Below the pieces are notes generated by a model, which was not told where the DNA came from, did not search any database, and saw only the letters and a list, made by a program, of their open reading frames with translations. From assembly GCA_964436015.1 (NCBI GenBank), contig CAYTAR010000001.1:28321-92320 (forward strand): a stretch of DNA of 64,000 nt, read 5' to 3'. This stretch comes from an uncultured Candidatus Saccharibacteria bacterium (GTDB lineage Bacteria; Patescibacteriota; Minisyncoccia; Phycocordibacterales; GCA-2401445). Made by a program: the position numbers and the translations under genes. Shown here piece after piece: positions 1-8,914 of the stretch (the stretch's first letter is position 1; each line of letters starts with the position of its first letter).

Positions 1-634
1 ACGACGTCATCCTTCAGTTGCGCCATTTATTTACGGCCAAAAAAATAAGACAGAGGTATTTAATTTGGAGAAAACAGTAACTCTTCTTGAGGATGCAGAA
101 GCTTTTATGGAGAAGCTTGGAAGTGAAGGGAAGGTTGTTCTCTTTGTTGCTAGCAAGAACGAGGCCCTTGATGCGGTTCGCTATGCTGGAGAGACTCTCA
201 ATATGCCATTCTGTGCTGGGCGTTGGATTGGTGGAAGTCTTACTAATTTCCCTGAAATTAAAAAGCGAGTTACATTACTTGAATCACTTCGTGAGCAGAG
301 CGCAAAGGGCGAGCTTGCACGATATACTAAGAAAGAGCAGTTGCTCATTAAGCGAGAGATGGAAGAACTTGAAAAGCGCTTTTCAGGCATTACCAGCCTT
401 AAGCGTGCACCAGACGCTCTTGTGGTAATTGATTCAAAGAAAGAATACATTGCAGTTGCAGAAGCTCAACAGAAAAATGTGCCAATCATTGCATATATGA
501 GTTCAGATTGTAATTTGCAAGATGCGGCGTACCCAGTTGTTGGAAATGACACTTCAAAAGAGAGTATTCGCTTTTTTATGGAGCATATGGTCAACGCATA
601 CTTGCGTGGCAAAAAAGCTCCTGTGCAAAAGTAG
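1..634 (+). CDS. rpsB: 30S ribosomal protein S2, 5'-partial (ORF continues upstream of window; no stop in frame from nt 2)
   Basis: Translation contains VFNLEKT (S2 'IINLEKT' motif upstream of annotated TTG) and GRWIGGSLTNF (S2 signature RW-GG-LTN); followed by tsf as in canonical rpsB-tsf operon. Confidence 0.85.
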   Translation, partial: RRHPSVAPFIYGQKNKTEVFNLEKTVTLLEDAEAFMEKLGSEGKVVLFVASKNEALDAVRYAGETLNMPFCAGRWIGGSLTNFPEIKKRVTLLESLREQSAKGELARYTKKEQLLIKREMEELEKRFSGITSLKRAPDALVVIDSKKEYIAVAEAQQKNVPIIAYMSSDCNLQDAAYPVVGNDTSKESIRFFMEHMVNAYLRGKKAPVQK

Positions 635-663
635 TCTTAGAAGCTAATTAATTTTATATTTTT

Positions 664-1242
664 ATGATTACCACTGAACAAGTGAAGGAACTTCGTGACC
701 AAACAGGTGTTTCAATTATGCAGTGCAAAAAGGCTCTTGAAGAGGTAGGAGGTGACATGGCTAAAGCCCTTGTAGTTCTTAAGAAAAAGAGTAGTGAAAT
801 TTCTGCAAAGAAGTCAGATCGCGAACTCAATGCTGGAACTATCGGCTCATACGTACATTCAAACGGCGTGGTAGCTGGTATGGTTGTCTTGTCATGTGAG
901 ACTGACTTTGTATCAAAGAATGAAGAGTTTCAACGAATGGCGTATGATATTGCAATGCAGGTTACCGCTATGAATCCAGAATACGTTTCGCGCGAAGAGA
1001 TTCCTGAAGATGCAATAAAAACTGCGAAAGAAGTATTTAAAAAGGAAGTTGAAGGAAAACCAAAGGACATCCAAGAGAAAATTTTAGAGGGTAAGATTGA
1101 GGCGTACTTTAAGGATAGAATTCTGCTTTCTCAACCCTTGATTAAGAATCCTGACATGACCGTACAGGGGCTCCTTGATATGGGCGTGCAGAAGTTTGGT
1201 GAAAAGATCAAAATCACCAAGTTTGTGCGCGTTGTTGTCTAA
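664..1242 (+). CDS. tsf: Elongation factor Ts (short form, 192 aa)
   Basis: N-terminal UBA-like EF-Ts motif TEQVKELRDQTGVSIMQCKKALEEVGGDMAKA; position after rpsB. Confidence 0.9.
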   Translation: MITTEQVKELRDQTGVSIMQCKKALEEVGGDMAKALVVLKKKSSEISAKKSDRELNAGTIGSYVHSNGVVAGMVVLSCETDFVSKNEEFQRMAYDIAMQVTAMNPEYVSREEIPEDAIKTAKEVFKKEVEGKPKDIQEKILEGKIEAYFKDRILLSQPLIKNPDMTVQGLLDMGVQKFGEKIKITKFVRVVV

Positions 1243-1613
1243 TGATAATTCTTTTTTATAGCTCTCTTGGGGTACTTGTTGCACTACTCACGCTCTCATA
1301 CATAGAAGGAAACAAAAATGAGCGTTTTTTTGGTTTACTCAGAAGTAAGCTTGATAATGCAACCTATACTTTTGTTACAGGTTTGTTACGTTCATTTACT
1401 ATCTTTTATCGTGAAGCGACAAAAACCATTCAATTAAAAACGAGTGCTTTTATTGAAAGAACAATTAGAGCAGTGGAACATGGTTTGGAGAAGTTGCTCG
1501 TGAAGCTACTTGATATGATTCGTGGTAAACGAGTGTTGCGCCACACATCAAATGGCCCCTCTGCTTTTTTGCAGGATGTTCGTGAATATAAAAATTCATT
1601 GCCACGCCGGTAG
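1242..1613 (+). CDS. Hypothetical small membrane protein (start overlaps tsf stop, ATGA coupling)
   Basis: ORF with N-terminal hydrophobic segment; translational coupling to tsf; no recognisable family. Confidence 0.3.
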   Translation: MIILFYSSLGVLVALLTLSYIEGNKNERFFGLLRSKLDNATYTFVTGLLRSFTIFYREATKTIQLKTSAFIERTIRAVEHGLEKLLVKLLDMIRGKRVLRHTSNGPSAFLQDVREYKNSLPRR

Positions 1614-1702
1614 TAGAAATTTTTATTCAACTGTGCTACTATATTTCGGTTGTTTGAAATAAATTCACATGATTCAACATGTGAATTATGTGAGAGTACA
1701 TT

Positions 1703-1735
1703 CCACCTTAGCTCAGCCTGCCTGCCGGTAGGTGG
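1703..1735 (+). pseudogene. tRNA remnant: 14 nt identical to 5' end of tRNA-Thr (ccaccttagctcag) whose acceptor 5' strand pairs directly with downstream aggtgg
   Basis: ccaccttagctcag at 1703-1716 identical to 1841-1854; CCACCT/AGGTGG pairing closes a mini-hairpin; rest of tRNA missing. Confidence 0.4.
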
Positions 1736-1839
1736 GTTGTAGAGGCGAGAAAGCATGTTATGTTTTTGAGCGGTTTTGTCCAAAACCGTTACAGGTTTGA
1801 GTGTACATTAATTTCAAAATAATATATTGTTATCCAATC

Positions 1840-1912
1840 GCCACCTTAGCTCAGTTGGTAGAGCAACGGTTTTGTAAACCGTAGGTCGTCAGTTCAAGCC
1901 TGACAGGTGGCT
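1840..1912 (+). tRNA. tRNA-Thr (anticodon TGT)
   Basis: Hand-folded cloverleaf: acceptor GCCACCT/AGGTGGC, D-arm GCTC-AGTTGGTA-GAGC, anticodon stem ACGGT/ACCGT with loop TTTGTAA (TGT), variable AGGTC, T-arm GTCAG-TTCAAGC-CTGAC; no encoded CCA. Confidence 0.85.
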
Positions 1913-2125
1913 CAAAGTCTGCACAGTTGGTGGAGGTGAGAGTCTATGGGGATAGACTCGAACGGTTTTGTAAACCGTAGGTCGTCAGTTCAAGCCTGAC
2001 AGGTGGCTCAAAGTCTGCACAGTTGGTGGAGGTGAGAGTCTATGGGGATAGACTCGAACGGTTTTGTAAACCTGATAGTCGTCAGGCGCAATTTCTCAGG
2101 TTGGCTCAAAGTCAGCTCAGTTTTG
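1865..2125 (+). repeat. Tandem direct repeats (period 96 nt; copy 1 1865-1960 includes the 3' half of tRNA-Thr, copy 2 1961-2056 identical, copy 3 2057-~2125 degenerate)
   Basis: Unit aacggttttgtaaaccgtaggtcgtcagttcaagcctgacaggtggctcaaagtctgcacagttggtggaggtgagagtctatggggatagactcg occurs twice perfectly, third copy diverged. Confidence 0.85.
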
Positions 2126-2164
2126 TTACGGTTTTATTTTTAAAACACTACGTGTGTTTTATTT

Positions 2165-2893
2165 ATGTTGTTTTTTCTGTATAATGCTTTTATGTCACGA
2201 GCGCGGCGCCAGTATATTCATCCTATTACTCAAGTTACTCATACCATTGTTAGCACATTAACCACGCTTGGTTTTTCAGCAGTACTTGGTCCAGAACGAG
2301 AAACAGAGTATTACAATTTTGATGCGGTCAATATTCCTTTTGATCATCCATCACGAGACATGCAAGATACGTTTTGGTTGACGGACAAAACTCTTTTAAG
2401 AACACACACAAGTGCGGTGCAGGTGCGATACATGGAAGAGCACGCGCCTCCTCTTGCAATTGTAGTTCCAGGGAAGGTGTACCGAAATGAAGCAACAGAT
2501 GCAACTCATGAGGTTCAGTTCCATCAAATAGAGGTCCTGTATGTGAACAAGAATGTATCTATTGCTCAGCTTAAAGGAATAATTACAAAACTACTTACGA
2601 CAATATTTTCCTCGGACGTTAAAATTCGTTTTAGACAAAGTTATTTTTCGTTTACCGAACCTTCTATTGAGGTAGACGTTTCAAGCCCACGAATAAAAAA
2701 TGGTGCTTGGATTGAGGTGCTTGGCGCAGGTTTAGTTCATCCAAATGTTCTTAAAAATGGGGGAATTGACCCACATGAGTGGAGTGGTTTTGCGTTTGGA
2801 ATAGGCGTGGAGCGTATTGCAATGATTCTTTATGGAATAACAGATATACGCGCTTTCTACGATGGTGATATTCGTTTTTTAAAACAATTTTAG
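2165..2893 (+). CDS. pheS: Phenylalanine--tRNA ligase alpha subunit (catalytic core only, 242 aa)
   Basis: Class II core motifs FDHPSRDMQDTFW, HTSAVQVR, FRQSYFSFTEPS, GFAFGIGVERIAM; immediately followed by pheT. Confidence 0.9.
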   Translation: MLFFLYNAFMSRARRQYIHPITQVTHTIVSTLTTLGFSAVLGPERETEYYNFDAVNIPFDHPSRDMQDTFWLTDKTLLRTHTSAVQVRYMEEHAPPLAIVVPGKVYRNEATDATHEVQFHQIEVLYVNKNVSIAQLKGIITKLLTTIFSSDVKIRFRQSYFSFTEPSIEVDVSSPRIKNGAWIEVLGAGLVHPNVLKNGGIDPHEWSGFAFGIGVERIAMILYGITDIRAFYDGDIRFLKQF

Positions 2894-2894
2894 T

Positions 2895-4853
2895 ATGAAA
2901 TTTTCCTTTGAGTGGTTACAGTCATATATCGGAGAATCTCTTCCTCATCCAGAAAAACTTGCGGAGGTTATTACTCAAAAACTCGCAGAGGTTGAATCAG
3001 TTACCGAGCTTTCAAATGGCGATTTTTGCTTTGATGTAAAAGTGTTACCTGACCGTGCGTGTTATTTACTATCTCACCGTGGTTTAGCATATGAAATTGC
3101 AGCTATTACTGGATTGCCATATCGAGATAAGACTCTTGAATACGGAACATTTAATGAATCCCTTCCGGCACCAGACATCCTTGTTGATCAATTGAGTGAG
3201 TTGGCACGATATTCTCTCGTACGAATTGACGGATTATCCTCAGACACAACACCGCCGTGGATGAAGCAACGGTTACTTGCGGTTGGTCAAAAATCAATTC
3301 ATCCGATTGTTGATGCGATAAACTATATACTTTTTGATATTGGTCAACCGTTGCATGCTTTTGATGCCGACCTAGTCTCAGGGGTAGTCCACGTAAGGTA
3401 TGCAAAACCCGGTGAGTCATTTACAACCCTTGATGGAAAAGAAATTCCACTTACAGTAACAAACGTAGTGATAGCAGATGATTCCGGCATACTCGCGCTT
3501 GCTGGCATAAAGGGTGGAAACCGGGCTGGGGTTAGTAGTACAACGACACGTATCCTTCTTGAGTCAGCTTCATTTAATGCTTCTTATGTGAGGCGCGCTT
3601 CAGGTTCGGTTGGCATTCAAACTGATGCTTCAAAACGTTTTGAGAATAACGTAACGAGCGCATTGGTAATGGTAGGAATGAAGCTCGCTATACAATTATT
3701 GAGAGATATTGCAGGAACTTCACAGACCGAGGTGAGTAAAGCTTCTTCAGTTGTTACTAATCAAGAAAATCGACTTCCTGTAGAATTAAGTCTTTCAAAG
3801 TTGCAAAGTGCGCTAGGTGTGTCAATTGATTCTTCTCAAATTGAACGTTACTTAACTCAACTTCGCTTTGCATATGAAAAAACAGTAGATGGGTATAGTA
3901 TCACTCCGCCTGTGTTTAGAAATGACATTGTAATTCCTGAGGATGTAATAGAGGAAATTGCTCGATTGTACGGATTTGATGAAATCCCTATTGAAGATCT
4001 TGATCTTTCTACAGTAAAAAATAATTCTTCTACACTTTTTGAGCTCATCTCTAGCATGAAATCCTTTTTCATTGAGAGGGGCTACTTAGAGCATTACGGC
4101 AGGGTTCTTATTGGGACAGGGGATATAGCTGTATTGAAGTCATACGCAGAAGATAAAAAATACTTAAGAAATTCACTTTCCCCGGGAATAGTGGCTGTAC
4201 TTGAGCAGAATATTCAACATACTTTATTTGATACTGATAGTGTTGCAATGTTTGAGATAGGCACTGTTTTTAAAAGGGATTCTGAAGAGATAAGGTGCAT
4301 TATTGCTGTTGGACAAAAAACACACAAGAAAAATTCAACTCAAAAAGACATTGAAACCATACTAGATGTTCTGATTGAAGAATATGGAATTTCCGTTACT
4401 CGTAGTGTTTTGCTCGATCATTTAAAATCAACAATTGTTTCTACTCAAACAATTACGTATGTTGAGTTTTCTCTTGCTGATTTAGAAGCGCATGTTTCAA
4501 AAATCCCTTCATCAGACATACTTACTACTTCGCATACTATTACCGAGTACTACACACCGTTCTCTGTGTATCCGAGAATAATTCGCGATGTTGCACTTTT
4601 TACACCACCTGATGTAGATCCTGCGGTAGTTGCGGAACAAATAAGGAAGTCTGCAGGAGAGTATTGCACGGAAGGCCCTGCTCTTTTTGATGTCTATCAG
4701 AAACGTAATGCGCATGGTGATATTGAACAGCAATCCCTCGCTTTTAGGATGGCTTTCCAGTCTACTAGTCGCACACTAACAGATGAGGAAGTTGAAGTGT
4801 TTATGGCTTCTGTGTATCAAAATTTGACGGCAAATGGGTATACAATTAGGTAG
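2895..4853 (+). CDS. pheT: Phenylalanine--tRNA ligase beta subunit (compact, 652 aa)
   Basis: B3/B4 and B5 domain similarity, C-terminal FDVYQ...AFR anticodon-binding-like region; pheS-pheT synteny. Confidence 0.9.
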   Translation: MKFSFEWLQSYIGESLPHPEKLAEVITQKLAEVESVTELSNGDFCFDVKVLPDRACYLLSHRGLAYEIAAITGLPYRDKTLEYGTFNESLPAPDILVDQLSELARYSLVRIDGLSSDTTPPWMKQRLLAVGQKSIHPIVDAINYILFDIGQPLHAFDADLVSGVVHVRYAKPGESFTTLDGKEIPLTVTNVVIADDSGILALAGIKGGNRAGVSSTTTRILLESASFNASYVRRASGSVGIQTDASKRFENNVTSALVMVGMKLAIQLLRDIAGTSQTEVSKASSVVTNQENRLPVELSLSKLQSALGVSIDSSQIERYLTQLRFAYEKTVDGYSITPPVFRNDIVIPEDVIEEIARLYGFDEIPIEDLDLSTVKNNSSTLFELISSMKSFFIERGYLEHYGRVLIGTGDIAVLKSYAEDKKYLRNSLSPGIVAVLEQNIQHTLFDTDSVAMFEIGTVFKRDSEEIRCIIAVGQKTHKKNSTQKDIETILDVLIEEYGISVTRSVLLDHLKSTIVSTQTITYVEFSLADLEAHVSKIPSSDILTTSHTITEYYTPFSVYPRIIRDVALFTPPDVDPAVVAEQIRKSAGEYCTEGPALFDVYQKRNAHGDIEQQSLAFRMAFQSTSRTLTDEEVEVFMASVYQNLTANGYTIR

Positions 4854-4928
4854 CTTGCCAGTGTAGTATTTATTCTCAATTTTTGCTATACTATGCGAAT
4901 ATTTGACACATTGTGTTGAAATTATTGT

Positions 4929-6998
4929 ATGGCAAAAGAAGAAGAAAAAAAAGCAAAAAAGAGTAGTTACGGAGCGGATGATATCACCGTTCTTGAAGGC
5001 CTTGATCCTGTTCGTAAGCGACCGGGAATGTATATCGGCACTACGGGTCAAGATGGTTTACATACACTCATTAGGGAGATTTTTGACAATGGTCGCGATG
5101 AGGCCATGGGTGGCTTTGCGAATGATATAGAAATTGTCCTTCTTCCAAACAACCGAGTTCGAGTCGTTGATAATGGACGAGGTATTCCGGTAGATAAGCA
5201 CAAAAAGACGAAAGTGTCTGCGTTGGAGACCATTATGACCACACTCCATGCAGGAGGTAAGTTTGGTGGGGAGGGATATAAAGTGTCTGGTGGTCTTCAC
5301 GGAGTAGGTGCGTCAGTAGTGAATGCGCTTTCAATATATACTCGAGTTGAGGTGCATCGTGACGGTGGTAAATATGTTCAAGAGTATTCACAGGGAAAAA
5401 AGAAAGCCGATGTAAAAAAGATTGGATCATCTGACAAAAACGGAACCATTGTTACTTTTGAGCCTGATGTTGAAATTTTCAAAGAAATAAAGTATAGCTG
5501 GAATTGGCTCGTGAATCACGTGAGACAACAAGCATACCTTGTAAAAGGAATGCGGGTGAGTGTTATCGATGCGCGTGAATTAAATGAGGTGTATGACCAA
5601 GATTGCTTCTACCTTCGTGAGCTTATGCTCGATGCTCCGTCAATGACGTTTTACTTTGAAGGAGGATTGCAATCAATGGTTCGATTCTATAATGAAATTT
5701 TCAAACCTGTTCATAAGAATATTTTTTATGTAGAAAGAGAAAATATTGATGACAATGTTGTGTCTGTTGAAATTGCTCTTCAGTATGCCGATGATATATC
5801 TTCTCGCGTACTGGCGTTCGCAAACAACATCTACAATAGCGAGGGAGGAACACACCTTACGGGATTTAAAACTGCACTCACTCGTACAATTAATGCGTAT
5901 TTAAAAAAGAATAACCTCCTGAAGGCAGGAGATGAGCCGTTTACTGGAGACGATGTACTTGAAGGATTAACCGCGGTTGTGTCAGTTAAGCTTCGTGATA
6001 TTCAATTTGAAGGTCAAACTAAAGGAAAATTAGGTAGCGTTGAAGCTCGAAGTGCGGTTGAGGCGGTGTTCGGCGAAGCATTTTCAGAGTATCTTGAAGA
6101 ACATCCTGACGATGCTCGCATGATGATACAGAAGACACTGCTCGCAATGCGTGCACGAAAGGCTGCAAAAGCCGCCAAAGACAACGTGTTGCGAAAAGGT
6201 GCGCTTGAGGGTATTACGCTCCCTGGTAAACTTGCTGATTGTCAGACAAAGAAAGCAGAGGATTCAGAGATATTTATTGTAGAAGGAGATTCTGCTGGCG
6301 GATCTGCGAAACAAGGTCGTGATAGGAAAACTCAAGCGATTATGCCTTTACGAGGTAAGATTCTGAATGTTGAGCGTGCACGTTTGGATAAAATGCTCGC
6401 ACATACAGAAATTAAGGCGTTAGTGATTGCATTCGGAACTGCAATTGGTGATGTGTTTGATATTTCTAGATTGAGGTACCATAAAATTATCATTGCAACA
6501 GATGCTGACGTGGATGGTGCGCACATTAGAACCCTACTTCTCACTCTTTTTTATCGTTACTTTAAACCGTTGATAGAAGGGGGGTATGTTTATATTGCAC
6601 AACCGCCACTATACAAGGTAAAAAGAGGAAAAGATATTAACTATTTCTATACTGAATCGGAAAAGAACCAGTATTTGAAAAAAGAGAAGATAGAATTAGA
6701 TACAGAATCTGAAGTTATGGAGTCAGACCAGCCACAAGAGAATGAAGAGGTGGCGGATGAGGTAGTAAGCAAGAAGAGTCCAAAAGTAAGTATTCAACGA
6801 TATAAAGGTTTGGGAGAAATGAACCCTGAAGAGCTTTGGGAAACAACGATGGATCCTGCACGTCGCGTGCTTAAACAGGTAACTATTGAAGATGGGCAAG
6901 AGGCTGATAAGGTATTTGATATATTGATGGGTGTTGATGTCGCTTCACGAAAGTCGTTCATTCAAGATAATGCAAAACTTGCAACTATAGATATATAA
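4929..6998 (+). CDS. gyrB: DNA gyrase subunit B
   Basis: GHKL ATPase motifs (LEGLDPVRKRPGMYIGTT, DNGRGIP, GGLHGVGASVVNALS), Toprim EGDSAGGSAKQGRDR, C-terminal QRYKGLGEMNPEELWETTMDP. Confidence 0.9.
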   Translation: MAKEEEKKAKKSSYGADDITVLEGLDPVRKRPGMYIGTTGQDGLHTLIREIFDNGRDEAMGGFANDIEIVLLPNNRVRVVDNGRGIPVDKHKKTKVSALETIMTTLHAGGKFGGEGYKVSGGLHGVGASVVNALSIYTRVEVHRDGGKYVQEYSQGKKKADVKKIGSSDKNGTIVTFEPDVEIFKEIKYSWNWLVNHVRQQAYLVKGMRVSVIDARELNEVYDQDCFYLRELMLDAPSMTFYFEGGLQSMVRFYNEIFKPVHKNIFYVERENIDDNVVSVEIALQYADDISSRVLAFANNIYNSEGGTHLTGFKTALTRTINAYLKKNNLLKAGDEPFTGDDVLEGLTAVVSVKLRDIQFEGQTKGKLGSVEARSAVEAVFGEAFSEYLEEHPDDARMMIQKTLLAMRARKAAKAAKDNVLRKGALEGITLPGKLADCQTKKAEDSEIFIVEGDSAGGSAKQGRDRKTQAIMPLRGKILNVERARLDKMLAHTEIKALVIAFGTAIGDVFDISRLRYHKIIIATDADVDGAHIRTLLLTLFYRYFKPLIEGGYVYIAQPPLYKVKRGKDINYFYTESEKNQYLKKEKIELDTESEVMESDQPQENEEVADEVVSKKSPKVSIQRYKGLGEMNPEELWETTMDPARRVLKQVTIEDGQEADKVFDILMGVDVASRKSFIQDNAKLATIDI

Positions 6999-7028
6999 AA
7001 AAACCGACCACACGGTCGGTTTTTTTAT
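6996..7028. terminator. Bidirectional rho-independent terminator between convergent gyrB and surface-protein gene
   Basis: aaaaaaccgaccacacggtcggttttttt: GC stem accgacc/ggtcggt flanked by A- and T-runs. Confidence 0.7.
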
Positions 7029-8147
7029 TTAGTTTTGTGTAAAGAGGGGGACGACAAGTTTGTTGTTGTCTGGATTATCTCCCGAAACCTGTTTGCCAGG
7101 GTCAACATTTATAGTTACTGCTTTTTCACCCGCGGTGACTTGATCAAATGCAATAGTAAATTCAATTCTTTCCCCTGGATTGAGTGATTGTTGTGTATCA
7201 GAGGTATACATGTATGCAGGGTAGGTAGGAAGCTGTGCGCTAAAGTACCAGTTGTTTGCACGTGCAGTTCCTGTGTTTGTTACTTCAAAGCGAATCGCTA
7301 CTCGATCTACACGAGAGAAGCTCGTTGTTGCAGTGTACTCATTAGTAAGTCGGTCAAGTGTTCCAGTATCTAAAAGCTTTGGCTCAAGCTCGGGCTTTCC
7401 ACCAGGAACAGCAGTTGGTGTAGTGTTTGGAACAGGGATTCGTATTACTGTTTCAACAGGTGTTTGCTCAAGTGGCTGTGTTGGTGATTGAGTGCTCTGG
7501 CTTACAGGGAGAGCTATTACTTCTTCAGTAGCATCGGTTGAGGTACTAAAGAGAGAATCAGTATTGAGTGAATTTGAATCACTGCTAGTTGATGTACCGC
7601 TATTCGTTGTTGCAGGTAGAGATTCATTTGTAACAGTAATGGTGTTTGTGCCTCTCACCACAATGGTTGCGCCATCAAAGTAGCTTACAAACACAGATAC
7701 TTCAGCGTTCTGAATAGCTGGTGATGAAAGCGTAACTTGAATAGGCATACTAATATCCTTTATCCTGTAGTATGACCCACAACGTACTTGTTCTTCTGTC
7801 GGACTAAAGATTGCAGTAGGGTCAATTCTGTACGTAACATCAGTTACGCATCCAAATGCTATTGCATAGACTCCATCATCTGATGATGGGTTGTTGTGTA
7901 CGACACTTATTGTTGAACTTCCGCCGGTCTCAAGTAGGGAAGGGTTGACGTTAATCGTAATAGATTCTTCATTACCTGAGAAAAGATTTGTAATGAGAGC
8001 TATACTTCTTTCTGCAATTGAGGCAAGAGTAGGGGATGTTTTAGTTAGAATAATTCCCCAAAAACCTATAGCAAAAAACGCAATAACTACCACACTGGTG
8101 ATAAGTGCAATTTTCGCACGTTTTTCTGTTTTTTCTTTGTTTTCCAT
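7029..8147 (-). CDS. Membrane-anchored secreted protein with Ser/Thr-rich linker (cell-surface protein, unknown function)
   Basis: N-terminal TM (ALITSVVVIAFFAIGFWGIIL), long S/T-rich low-complexity region, beta-rich C-terminal domain; no homolog recognised. Confidence 0.55.
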   Translation of the reverse strand: MENKEKTEKRAKIALITSVVVIAFFAIGFWGIILTKTSPTLASIAERSIALITNLFSGNEESITINVNPSLLETGGSSTISVVHNNPSSDDGVYAIAFGCVTDVTYRIDPTAIFSPTEEQVRCGSYYRIKDISMPIQVTLSSPAIQNAEVSVFVSYFDGATIVVRGTNTITVTNESLPATTNSGTSTSSDSNSLNTDSLFSTSTDATEEVIALPVSQSTQSPTQPLEQTPVETVIRIPVPNTTPTAVPGGKPELEPKLLDTGTLDRLTNEYTATTSFSRVDRVAIRFEVTNTGTARANNWYFSAQLPTYPAYMYTSDTQQSLNPGERIEFTIAFDQVTAGEKAVTINVDPGKQVSGDNPDNNKLVVPLFTQN

Positions 8148-8199
8148 ATGTTTTTTAGTATACTATCATACTTTTATGCTTATGTCAATAGTCTGATGT

Positions 8200-8228
8200 T
8201 TGACAAAGTTAAAATAATAGTGTATGAT
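8200..8228 (+). promoter_or_regulatory. Sigma70-like promoter upstream of sortase (-35 TTGACA 8200-8205, 17-nt spacer, -10 TATGAT 8223-8228); SD AGGTGAGG at 8241-8248
   Basis: Consensus hexamers and spacing read directly; RBS 8 nt upstream of ATG 8257. Confidence 0.5.
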
Positions 8229-8256
8229 GTTTTATATGAAAGGTGAGGCAATAATA

Positions 8257-8904
8257 ATGTCAAAGGAGGCATTTTATATTTATTTTTTGATGATATCTTC
8301 TGTGAGTATCATTGCGCTTTTTATGATTGGCATACTTCCATTTAAGAACGTGGAGGCTGACAATGTGCCTTTAGAATTGACACCTATAAAGGCAGAAAAC
8401 AGTGTGATTACTACTGAACAAGTGATTATTCCAGACATTGAATCAGGTATGGTTGAGTATCCAGAGTATCCACGAGAGCTTTACATTCCTCAACTTGAGC
8501 GTAGAATCCAAATTAGTAATCCAATTGAGAGTGATTTGAGCGTGTTAGAGCAAGAACTGCTTACTGGCGCGGTACGTTATCCAACTTCAGCACGCGTGGG
8601 TGAGCCTGGAACTGTTTTTATATTTGGCCACAGTAGCTCTTTGCCAGTGGTAAGAAATCAGAACTTCAAAGCATTTAATGGTATACAAAATCTCCATACT
8701 GGTGATCTTGTACTACTGTATTCAGAAACTGCAGAATATACATACGCAGTTAGTTCCGTTCGAGAGGCTACCGTAGACGGTGGAACAGTACCGCTGATAA
8801 GTGATGGTTTTTATCTAGTGTTGTCTACTTGTAATAATTTAAAAAGTAAAGAAGACAGGTTTATCGTTACGGCAGAATTGGTAGCGGTACGTCAATTACC
8901 TTAA
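8257..8904 (+). CDS. Sortase (transpeptidase; ORF track start 8224, RBS-supported start 8257)
   Basis: N-terminal TM anchor; catalytic His in IFGHSSS, catalytic Cys in LVLSTC (TLxTC motif), conserved Arg in RFIVTAELV. Confidence 0.8.
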   Translation: MSKEAFYIYFLMISSVSIIALFMIGILPFKNVEADNVPLELTPIKAENSVITTEQVIIPDIESGMVEYPEYPRELYIPQLERRIQISNPIESDLSVLEQELLTGAVRYPTSARVGEPGTVFIFGHSSSLPVVRNQNFKAFNGIQNLHTGDLVLLYSETAEYTYAVSSVREATVDGGTVPLISDGFYLVLSTCNNLKSKEDRFIVTAELVAVRQLP

Positions 8905-8914
8905 TAACAAATAT

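Noticed and set aside
1865-2125. Tandem repeat array near tRNA considered as CRISPR
   Set aside because: Units are 96 nt, directly abutting with no unique spacers, and derive from the tRNA 3' half; not CRISPR architecture and no cas genes.
4776-5130. Overlapping ORFs 4776-5051(-), 4903-5130(+), 5048-5300(-) around gyrB start
   Set aside because: Antisense/alternate-frame artefacts of the Lys-rich gyrB N-terminus (poly-F/poly-K translations); gyrB frame has the real motifs.
7029-8147. Surface protein as sortase substrate
   Set aside because: No xPxTG-type motif or C-terminal hydrophobic/charged tail; it is N-terminally anchored instead.
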